Source: Bacteroidota bacterium
GTDB lineage: Bacteria > Bacteroidota > Bacteroidia > Chitinophagales > Saprospiraceae
Assembly (NCBI GenBank): GCA_041159285.1
Contig: JBEAYO010000001.1
Location: 1 to 28,656 of the forward strand
Direction: 5' to 3'
DNA length: 28,656 bases
Position numbers and translations under genes: made by a program. This document shows, one piece after another, positions 9,399-17,059 of this stretch. The notes beneath the pieces were generated by a model. The model saw nothing but the letters and a program-made list of their open reading frames with translations. It did no database searches and was not told the DNA's origin. Position 1 is the first letter of the stretch. Every line of letters starts with the position of its first letter.

Positions 9399-9662
9399 AC
9401 GTTGAATGGATTTAGTTTTTAAAGTTTGTTTACAAAATTCGCTGCAAGATAAACTTTTTTTTTCGAATCAAGTGCAAGGTGACTGATTTTTTTTGACTTA
9501 AAATTAAAATATTTTCGAATAGGCGCAGATGTTGCCGTCTGAATAGCTAATGCGCGTAATGCATCATTCAGGTTTTAAGGTCTAACTTTAGAAATTGTTA
9601 TCATTTTGTTAATGACTTGGATATCCCATGGAATGTCTAAACCTTTGTCATTACTTTTAAAC

Positions 9663-9992
9663 ATGCGATTTACATTTTTTCACATACTGACCTTCTTTAT
9701 CACTTGCATCGGCATTTGTTCATCTTCCAGTGCCGCCGCTCAAGTGAGTTTCGCCTCGAGAAGCCTCGGTGAAAAATTAGACAACGGGCTATGCCTGTCC
9801 AAGGACCATACCTGGTATTTGGAAGTGGATGAGAAAAATCAAAATGATGGTCAGGCAGGGATGTGTCAAGGCAACCTCTCGCCAGCGCCGGTAAATCTCA
9901 GCCTCTTCCTGTCCTCCTCTTACACTAATTGCTGGCATCTCCTCAAGATTTTTCTTTCTTTGCGATTGCTTTATTGTTCCTTTCTGAATTGA
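9663..9992 (+). CDS. Small hypothetical exported/leader protein upstream of the SulP-Dab operon (109 aa)
   Basis: ATG at 9663 (in frame with the track ORF from 9606) gives a signal-peptide-like N-terminus MRFTFFHILTFFITCIGICSSSSAAA|Q, matching the Gln-after-cleavage pattern of other secreted proteins in this window. No family recognised. Confidence 0.5.
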   Translation: MRFTFFHILTFFITCIGICSSSSAAAQVSFASRSLGEKLDNGLCLSKDHTWYLEVDEKNQNDGQAGMCQGNLSPAPVNLSLFLSSSYTNCWHLLKIFLSLRLLYCSFLN

Positions 9993-10304
9993 ATTCCCGC
10001 ATCCTGTCTTTTTATCGGTTTTATTTGCCAAGTTGAGGTGTGGTTTCATCAAGTTCCACCTTTGCAGAATCCGGGATTCAGCTCATTTTGGCCCTTTGGC
10101 TGGCTGTTCTTCCCTGGATCCTTTTCCCCCGAGCCTTGAGATGCATTTCACATCCTTCGCTTGCGAGGCATTTCAAACCGCAGCTTTTTCCGTTTTTCAC
10201 ATCTGAACTTCAACTAAGGAGCGCAATGCCATTTGCAGTGCACGAGCCCATGGCGAAACTTGTGTAGGCTGAGCTGCTTTCGCGTTCCTTATTAAACGAA
10301 AAAA

Positions 10305-11903
10305 ATGAAAGAATCAAATTTGAAATCACTGCCAAAGGATGGGCTGGCAGGATTAGTGGAGAACCTTACTTCCGACCTTAGCTCGGGATTTATCGTGTTC
10401 CTCCTGGCATTACCCTTGAGTCTAGGCATAGCCAAGGCATCGGAATTCCCTCCCGTCACCGGCCTGATCACCGCCATCGTGGGGGGCATGCTGGCAGGGC
10501 CCATGGCAGGGTCAAAGCTCACCATCAAGGGTCCTGCAGCCGGGTTGATCGTCATCATCGCCGGTGCGGTGGGCGAGTTCGGCGGAGGAGAGCAGGGTTG
10601 GCTGCTGACTCTGGGTGCCATTGTGGTGGCTGGCTTCATCCAAATCTTGTTTGGCGTTTTCAAAATGGGCAAGCTATCAGATTTCTTTCCTTTGTCGGCT
10701 GTTCACGGCATGCTGGCTGCCATTGGGATGATTATCATTCTGAAGCAGATTCCCGTGTTGCTGGACGTGGATCCGGCATTGGCCAAGGGCAAGGGGCCTT
10801 TTGAGTTGCTGCTGTCGATGCCTTTGTTTTTGTCTAAGATAGACTGGCGGGCGACCGCCATAGGACTGGTAAGCCTGGCGATCATGTTGTTTTGGCAGAA
10901 GGTGCCAGGTACTTATCTCAAAAAGATTCCAGCGTCGCTAGTTGTCTTGTTCTTTGCGATACCGGCTGAGCTCCTCATGGATTTTCAGCACACGGAACCT
11001 CCTTATGCGTTGGTGCACGTGGGAAATTTGATGGAAAGTGCCAGGCTGCATTTTGAATTTTCAGGGCTTCCTCAATTTCCGCTGGTCTTCATCAAATACG
11101 TGGTAATGATAGCCTTGGTAGGATCCCTGGAGTCACTGTTGACGGTCAAGGCTATTGATATGATGGATCCGTACAGGCGGAGGTCTGACACCAATAAGGA
11201 TTTAGTGGCAGTTGGGCTTGGCAACATGGTGTCCGGCCTGCTGGGTGGTTTGCCCATGATATCAGAGGTAGCTCGCAGTTCAGCGAATGTCAGCAACGGT
11301 GCCAAGACGCGGTGGGCTAACTTTTTCCATGGTTTTTTCATCCTGTTGTTCGTCATCTTGGCGGTGCCGCTCATTGAGTTGATTCCCAACACGGCCCTTG
11401 CTGCCATGCTTATCTCGGTCGGGATAAAACTGGCCCACCCACGTGAATTCGCGCACATCTTCAACATCGGGAAGGAACAGCTGGCGATTTTCCTGGTCAC
11501 CATATTGTTCACCCTGTATGAGGACCTGCTGGTCGGCATTGGTGCGGGCATGCTGCTGAAAATAATTTTCCACCTCTTCAACGGCGCGCCGCTGGGCTCC
11601 CTGTTCAAGGCGGATGTCGTGGTCTCCGCCATTGGCAAGGATTACCTGGTCGAAATTGAAAAGTCGGCTGTTTTTACTAACTTCCTGGGTTTGAAGTCAA
11701 AGCTGGAAGCAATACCCCAGGGAATGGATGTAACGCTGGATTTCAGCAGGACCCGGCTGGTGGACCACTCTGTGATTGAGAACGTGCATCACTTCGAGCA
11801 CGGTTACATTTCCAATGGCGGGAGTTTCAGGGTGACGGGACTGGAAAACCACAAAAAATTATCCAATCATGAAAAGGCGGCCCGAAAGAGTACTTTTGAA
11901 TAA
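10305..11903 (+). CDS. SulP/SLC26 family inorganic anion (probably bicarbonate) transporter
   Basis: DLSSGFIVFLLALPLSLGIAKAS, GLITAIVGG, IKGPAAGL, VGSLESLLTVKAID, DLVAVGLGNMVSGLLGGLPMISEVARSSANV; short STAS-like tail (VTLDFSRTRLVDHS). Confidence 0.92.
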   Translation: MKESNLKSLPKDGLAGLVENLTSDLSSGFIVFLLALPLSLGIAKASEFPPVTGLITAIVGGMLAGPMAGSKLTIKGPAAGLIVIIAGAVGEFGGGEQGWLLTLGAIVVAGFIQILFGVFKMGKLSDFFPLSAVHGMLAAIGMIIILKQIPVLLDVDPALAKGKGPFELLLSMPLFLSKIDWRATAIGLVSLAIMLFWQKVPGTYLKKIPASLVVLFFAIPAELLMDFQHTEPPYALVHVGNLMESARLHFEFSGLPQFPLVFIKYVVMIALVGSLESLLTVKAIDMMDPYRRRSDTNKDLVAVGLGNMVSGLLGGLPMISEVARSSANVSNGAKTRWANFFHGFFILLFVILAVPLIELIPNTALAAMLISVGIKLAHPREFAHIFNIGKEQLAIFLVTILFTLYEDLLVGIGAGMLLKIIFHLFNGAPLGSLFKADVVVSAIGKDYLVEIEKSAVFTNFLGLKSKLEAIPQGMDVTLDFSRTRLVDHSVIENVHHFEHGYISNGGSFRVTGLENHKKLSNHEKAARKSTFE

Positions 11904-11921
11904 ATAAACAAAATTGAAAGC

Positions 11922-14456
11922 ATGAGCTCGATTAATATTTTTGATGAAAAGCAGGTGTTGCACGAGTTGAGGCATTATCTTCCAAGCCAGACGCCCATTA
12001 AGGATTTTATCCATCACAACACGCTTCACGCTTTTCAAGACCTTGATTTTTACAAGGCAATTTTCAAAGCGTCTAAAATTTTCGGGTACCAGGTGACGCT
12101 GGAGCTGGAAGATTACAGGGGTTTGTACCGCATAGGCCGTATCCGTGGCCCCATCCTTGACAAATTGCTGGCTACGCGCAAGGGGCACCAGGAAATGCAA
12201 GCATGGAAGTTCAAACTGCTGGAAAATAAATACGATCAGCACAATGAAGCCAGGATTGGCAGGCTGCGCACCTGCTGGCAAAAAGTACACCGGTTGAATA
12301 TGGACGACCGGGTGCATCCACTGTTGTTCCGGATCCTTTCCAATTATCTGGATCAAGGCATCGCGCTGTGGCATTTCCCGAATGCTGAAAAAGGTTTCCT
12401 GGAAGCCGTCAGACAGCTGGAGCGCAACAGTTACAGCAGTTTCTTCAAAACCTCCAGGGCCAGACGGCTATTGCTGGATGGAGACCCTTCCATTGCCGGG
12501 CTGCTAGACATTTTGGTCGGTGATGAGCGGTTTTACGAGGAGTATCTTTTCGACCAGCAATTCAGCCACCACGGCTGGTCAGGGATGGTGTGCAGCGTGG
12601 AGGACTTTCCCCAGAACCTGATGTTCAGGAAGGCGATTTCCCTCAGGGATTTGGTGGCTTTCGAACTGCTGCTGGAAATAGACAACATCGATGCTGAATT
12701 TGGCACCGATTGGAAGCCACTGGCTATCCAGGCCAATCTGGAGCCGGTGGATCTCTTCGCGGAAGTGCCCTTGACAGAGTTGCAGGAGGCATTCATGCTC
12801 TGGCAGGATGCGTTTGAATGGAGCTACTATGACGAGGTGCTAACCGGCATACGTTATTTGAGAAATGTTCCCAAGCCCAGTCCAACCGAGAAAAGCTTCC
12901 AGGCAGTTTTTTGCATTGACGAACGGGAATGTTCGCTGCGACGCCATCTCGAGACGGTTGATGAAAAGTGTGAAACGATGGGCAGCCCTGGTTTTTTCGG
13001 GGTGGAGTTTTATTTCCAGCCGGAGGGAGCCAGGTTTTATGAAAAATTGTGTCCTGCGCCGGTCACACCCAGCCACTTAATCAAGGAAAGCGGAGCGCCA
13101 AGGCTGCGCCATGCGGATCTGATGTACAACAAGCGAACGCATCGGGTGCTTTCCGGCTGGTTTTCAGTAGTTGTACTGGGTTTTGTAGCAGGATACAGGT
13201 TGGTAAAGGACTTGCTCCTGCCCAAGATGAGCCCTTCCATATCCAATGCCTTTGGACACATGGACAAGGAGTCAAAGTTGCACATCGAATGCGCGGAGCC
13301 CGGCAAAACGGAGAACGGGCTAAAGCTCGGTTACAACACGGAGGAGATGACAGACCGGGTTGAGCGAACGCTCAGAGGAATTGGATTGGTGCGAGATTTT
13401 GCTCCATTGGTTTACCTGATTTCCCACGGATCGAGCAGCGCCAATAACCCCCACCACGGCGCCCACGATTGCGGCGCCTGCAGCGGCCGGCCGGGTGCAA
13501 CAAATGCCAGGGTGTTTTCCTTCATGGCCAACCATCTGGAAGTGCGGAAGAAACTGGCTGAGCGTGGCCTTGTGATTCCGGCAGAAACCCAGTTCATCGG
13601 CGCCATGCATGATACGGCCAGCGACCTCATGGATTTCTATGACGAGGATGTTCTGACTCCTGCCAACAGGGAGCGCCACGCCAAAAACAGCCACAAGATG
13701 GAAATCGCGCTGGACTTGAATGCCAAGGAGCGCTCCAGGCGTTTTGCTTCCATTAAGACCAAGGACGACATCAAGAAGATCAGGAAAGCCATAGAGAAAC
13801 GCTCCGTCTCGTTCTTTGAACCCAGGCCTGAGCTCGGCCATGGCACCAATGCGCTGTGCGTGGTCGGCAGAAGAGAAATGACCAAGGGATTGTTCCTTGA
13901 CCGAAGGGCCTTCATGAACTCATACGATTACCGCACCGATCCGGAGGGCAAAATCCTCGCGGGTGTGATACGGCCATTGCCGCCGGTTTGCGGGGGCATC
14001 AACCTGGAGTATTATTTTTCCAGGGTTGACAACCAGAAATTCGGCTCCGGCACCAAGTTGCCTCACAATGTCATGTCTTTGGTGGGGGTTACCAATTCGA
14101 GCGACGGAGACTTGCGCCCAGGCCTGCCCCTTCAAATGATAGAGGTTCATGACCCCATTCGGCTGCTGATTATTGTAGAGCATTTTCCGGAAGTGGTTTT
14201 GAAAACCATTCAGCAAATGCCGGACGTTTACGAATGGTTTGAAAACGAATGGGTGCACCTGGTGGCCGTCAATCCTGAAAACGGGGATTTCTTCTGTTTC
14301 AGGGAACACGAGTTCCACCCGTATTCGCCGTTGAATGAAGAAATCCCGGTGGTTGACGACATCAACGCGCTGATTGAGTCAGCCGAGGAGATGGAAACCA
14401 ATCACATCTTGCACGCTACCCGCGAGAATCTAAAGGTCCATTTGTTGAAGCACTGA
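11922..14456 (+). CDS. dabA: DabA inorganic-carbon pump subunit (DUF2309/UPF0753, beta-carbonic-anhydrase-like)
   Basis: HYLPSQTPIKDFIHHNTLHAFQ N-terminus; Zn ligands FCIDERE (Cys codon 12912, Asp codon 12918) and HGSSS...DCGAC (His codon 13425, Cys codon 13470); LFLDRRAFMNSYD, GINLEYYFSRVDN, GSGTKLPHNV, HDPIRL. Confidence 0.93.
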   Translation: MSSINIFDEKQVLHELRHYLPSQTPIKDFIHHNTLHAFQDLDFYKAIFKASKIFGYQVTLELEDYRGLYRIGRIRGPILDKLLATRKGHQEMQAWKFKLLENKYDQHNEARIGRLRTCWQKVHRLNMDDRVHPLLFRILSNYLDQGIALWHFPNAEKGFLEAVRQLERNSYSSFFKTSRARRLLLDGDPSIAGLLDILVGDERFYEEYLFDQQFSHHGWSGMVCSVEDFPQNLMFRKAISLRDLVAFELLLEIDNIDAEFGTDWKPLAIQANLEPVDLFAEVPLTELQEAFMLWQDAFEWSYYDEVLTGIRYLRNVPKPSPTEKSFQAVFCIDERECSLRRHLETVDEKCETMGSPGFFGVEFYFQPEGARFYEKLCPAPVTPSHLIKESGAPRLRHADLMYNKRTHRVLSGWFSVVVLGFVAGYRLVKDLLLPKMSPSISNAFGHMDKESKLHIECAEPGKTENGLKLGYNTEEMTDRVERTLRGIGLVRDFAPLVYLISHGSSSANNPHHGAHDCGACSGRPGATNARVFSFMANHLEVRKKLAERGLVIPAETQFIGAMHDTASDLMDFYDEDVLTPANRERHAKNSHKMEIALDLNAKERSRRFASIKTKDDIKKIRKAIEKRSVSFFEPRPELGHGTNALCVVGRREMTKGLFLDRRAFMNSYDYRTDPEGKILAGVIRPLPPVCGGINLEYYFSRVDNQKFGSGTKLPHNVMSLVGVTNSSDGDLRPGLPLQMIEVHDPIRLLIIVEHFPEVVLKTIQQMPDVYEWFENEWVHLVAVNPENGDFFCFREHEFHPYSPLNEEIPVVDDINALIESAEEMETNHILHATRENLKVHLLKH

Positions 14457-14505
14457 TGGCTTTGCCTGATAAAGTCAAGCGCTTCATTTTAAACGTTTCA
14501 TCCTC

Positions 14506-16368
14506 ATGATAATTGATAATATTCTACTTTTAATCCCCTTGGTGCCGGCAATTGGCCTCTTGCTTTCCCTTCTCCCTGATGGCAAGCGGGAGGGGGTCAT
14601 TCACCGGATAGCACTGGGCACCGTGCTGACTCACCTGTTGCTATCGCTCTTGCTGACCGCCGGGTGGTTGTACTCCGGAGAATTCCCCTACCACAGTCAG
14701 TCCATCAACTACTACAGCGACGAGTCCGCACAGCTGAAATTTGAGTTTCACTTTGATCGTGTCACTGCGGTCTATGCCCTTGTCTCAGGGTTGATTGGGA
14801 CATTGGTCATCCTGTTCAGCCGGAGCTACATGCATCGCGACCCCGGATACCAGCGTTTTTTCAACAACATCCTTTTTTTCTATTTCGGCCTGGGCGTGTT
14901 GGTTTTTTCTGGAAACTTTGAAACGCTTTTCATAGGCTGGGAGATCATCGGAATTAGTTCCTTCATGTTGATCGGCTTTTACCGGGAGCGTTACCTGCCG
15001 GTGAAGAATGCCCTGAAAGTGGTTTCACTGTTTCGGTTTTCAGACATATTGCTGCTGGTGATCATTTGGATGATACACCATGCCTTTCACCGCAGCATCA
15101 GTTTCCGGGATATTGAAAACGGCATGTTGGTTGCCGATCTTGAGTCACAGCCCTTTTACGATTATGCCATTTTGGTTTGCATCCTAGTGATTGCCGCCAT
15201 CAAATCGGCCCAGTTCCCCTTTTCATCCTGGTTGCCGAGGGCGATGGAAGGGCCTACCAACTCCAGCGCCATTTTCTACGGGTCTCTTTCTGTTCACATC
15301 GGCATATTTCTGTTGATCAGGATGCAGCCGCTCTGGGAGACGAATACGACATTCCGGGCATTGATGGCAGCGATGGGGATTGTAACCGGCTTCATGGCCT
15401 CGGCCATTGCCAAGGTGCAATCATCGGCTAAGACGCAGATCGCGTATGCCTCCATCGGCCAGATCGGCATCATGATGGTAGAGGTAGCTGCGGGATTTTC
15501 CACCCTGGCACTGGTTCATTTTGCCGGCAATGCCTTTCTGAGGACCTATCAACTGTTGGTCTCCCCGTCTGTGCTTCACTATTTGATCCACGACCAGTTT
15601 TACAATTTTGAGAAGCCAGGGGAGAAGCCAGTTCAGGGTTTCATAGGCAAGTTGCGGCAGAGCGTCATCGTGCTTTCCATCAAAGAGTGGAATATGGACA
15701 GGATTCATTTTCGCTTCTTGTGGACTCCGTTTAAATGGATGGGCAGCAGGCTTTCCTTTTTATCAGAAAAGAAAGGCAAATTGTTCATCGCGACACTCAC
15801 TGTTCTGGGAGCAGCGGGAATCTGCCTCGGCGAATTCGGGAATCATGCACGGATCGGGTTGTTGTTTGTCCTGGCAGGCCTGGCGCTCATCCTGCGTTCA
15901 TTTGCGGAGCGAAAATCGGCTTTGACGGCCTGGCAGCTGCTTTTCATCAGCAATTACTTGATATTATTGGGAATATTGTATAACGGTGTGTTTGACTTTT
16001 GGAAAAGCATGTACTTCATTGGAGGTATCACGGTGGGAGGTATCGCGGGATGGGGCATCCTGTACTACCTGAAGCGAAAAGAGGGTCCAATCAGGCTGGA
16101 TGCCTACCAGGGACAAATCTATGAGCACAAGCGGGCCGGGTTACTGTTTCTGTTGTCCAGCCTGGCCATAGGCTGCTTTCCAATCACCCCGTCCTTCATT
16201 GGCCTGGACTTGATGTTCATGGAAATGGGAGAGGGGCAATACGATAGTTTGATTGCAGTTGTGCTTTGTTTCATCTTCATGGAAATCGCAGCATTGAGAA
16301 TTTACGCGAGGGTTTTTTTGGGGCAGCACAGCAAGGCATATCACGAGATTGCTTTCAGGAACTCCTAG
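14506..16368 (+). CDS. dabB: DabB membrane subunit (NuoL/MrpA-like proton-conducting transporter)
   Basis: WEIIGISSFMLIGF, KSAQFPFSSWLPRAMEGPT, KTQIAYASIGQIG antiporter-like motifs; directly downstream of dabA with no other nuo/mrp genes nearby. Confidence 0.88.
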   Translation: MIIDNILLLIPLVPAIGLLLSLLPDGKREGVIHRIALGTVLTHLLLSLLLTAGWLYSGEFPYHSQSINYYSDESAQLKFEFHFDRVTAVYALVSGLIGTLVILFSRSYMHRDPGYQRFFNNILFFYFGLGVLVFSGNFETLFIGWEIIGISSFMLIGFYRERYLPVKNALKVVSLFRFSDILLLVIIWMIHHAFHRSISFRDIENGMLVADLESQPFYDYAILVCILVIAAIKSAQFPFSSWLPRAMEGPTNSSAIFYGSLSVHIGIFLLIRMQPLWETNTTFRALMAAMGIVTGFMASAIAKVQSSAKTQIAYASIGQIGIMMVEVAAGFSTLALVHFAGNAFLRTYQLLVSPSVLHYLIHDQFYNFEKPGEKPVQGFIGKLRQSVIVLSIKEWNMDRIHFRFLWTPFKWMGSRLSFLSEKKGKLFIATLTVLGAAGICLGEFGNHARIGLLFVLAGLALILRSFAERKSALTAWQLLFISNYLILLGILYNGVFDFWKSMYFIGGITVGGIAGWGILYYLKRKEGPIRLDAYQGQIYEHKRAGLLFLLSSLAIGCFPITPSFIGLDLMFMEMGEGQYDSLIAVVLCFIFMEIAALRIYARVFLGQHSKAYHEIAFRNS

Positions 16369-16515
16369 GCGATTTTGCCAACAGGAGGCCAAGGGCCGGG
16401 ATAATCAAAACCCTTGCTGGTTTTCGAATGACTTTTCCGGCACCTTTTGTTCTGGGCTTAATTTAAATCCCTTTAAGGCCAGAGGCTGAAACAAGAGACT
16501 GATGCCTGAAATGGT

Positions 16516-16542
16516 GCTCGGCGGGCCTGTGTCCCGCCGAGC
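16516..16542. repeat. GC-rich hairpin (10-bp stem, 7-nt loop) downstream of dabB
   Basis: gctcggcggg-cctgtgt-cccgccgagc perfect inverted repeat; no long U-tract, so the terminator role is uncertain. Confidence 0.6.
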
Positions 16543-16544
16543 CT

Positions 16545-16812
16545 TAGCCTGTCTTACAACGCCCTTGGCGAATGGCGCCATCAAAAAAAAATGAATGTAG
16601 CCTGTCTCAAAAGGCCCGGCAATTCGTTCCGCCCGCACCCATTGTTCTCCGGAAAGGGCGTTCAGGGCGAAGCCCCGAGCACCTATTGCGAGAAGGCACC
16701 TCGCCAAAGGGTCTTTTGAGACTCTACATTTGACGCAGGCCCGAGATCAGGGCGAAGACCAGCTCACCTTGCAGTAGAAGACGCCTCGCCAAGTAATTTT
16801 TTAGACAACTTC
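16545..16812. mobile_element. Putative MITE/REP-like inverted-repeat element (~135 bp) nested in a decayed copy of itself
   Basis: Two left arms (tagcctgtct at 16545 and 16598), inner imperfect TIR aatgtag..gtctcaaaaggccc (16594-16617) / gggtcttttgagac.ctacatt (16709-16730), and an 85-bp-offset degenerate direct repeat (16662-16707 vs 16747-16792, 34/46 identical by hand alignment). Confidence 0.5.
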
Positions 16813-16919
16813 CACCCATTCAAAAAGGAATAAGGCACAGGCCAAATTCCTTTAATTTTGAGAGAATTCAAGATTTTTTTCTCTTTTTTCAAAGAAAACA
16901 GCATAATATCCATTAATAA

Positions 16920-16949
16920 TTTGCAAATCGAATTAAGTTGTTATATTTG
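16920..16949 (+). promoter_or_regulatory. Bacteroidota housekeeping sigma promoter (-33 TTTG / -7 TAnnTTTG) for the DUF1800 operon
   Basis: tttg at 16920-16923 and tatatttg at 16942-16949, 18-nt spacer, ~110 nt upstream of the ATG at 17060. Confidence 0.6.
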
Positions 16950-17059
16950 CAATCATCCTATGAGCTGTGCATCTTTCGCACAATTCTCCCAGACCTCTTC
17001 AGAACCAACCACCCGGGACACAACTACTACTTCTAAGTCTTCACGTTAAAACACAAACT

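Noticed and set aside
9592-9610. Fur-box-like sequence (aatgataacaat on the minus strand)
   Set aside because: About 12/19 match in a very AT-rich gap; not distinguishable from background, and no iron-related genes adjacent.
10040-10267. 75-aa GTG-start ORF between the leader ORF and sulP
   Set aside because: No family features and a weak start; more simply untranslated spacer, though it cannot be excluded.
14506-16368. Annotation as respiratory complex I subunit NuoL or Mrp antiporter subunit A
   Set aside because: No other nuo/mrp genes nearby; it directly follows a DUF2309 gene, which defines DabB.
10305-16368. Claim that the host is an autotroph with a carboxysomal CCM
   Set aside because: No RuBisCO, shell or other carbon-fixation genes in the window; Dab/Mps systems also occur in heterotrophs.
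16266-16707. Short ORFs (66 aa +, 83 aa -, 100 aa -) across the dabB 3' region
   Set aside because: They run through hairpins and repeats and show no transposase or other motif.
16545-16812. CRISPR array interpretation of the repeated intergenic motifs
   Set aside because: Only two degenerate copies per motif, irregular nested geometry, no unique equal-length spacers and no cas genes.
16967-17059. Upstream start for DUF1800 in the ORF track
   Set aside because: ATG 17060 gives a clean signal peptide behind an A-rich leader; the extension would bury it.
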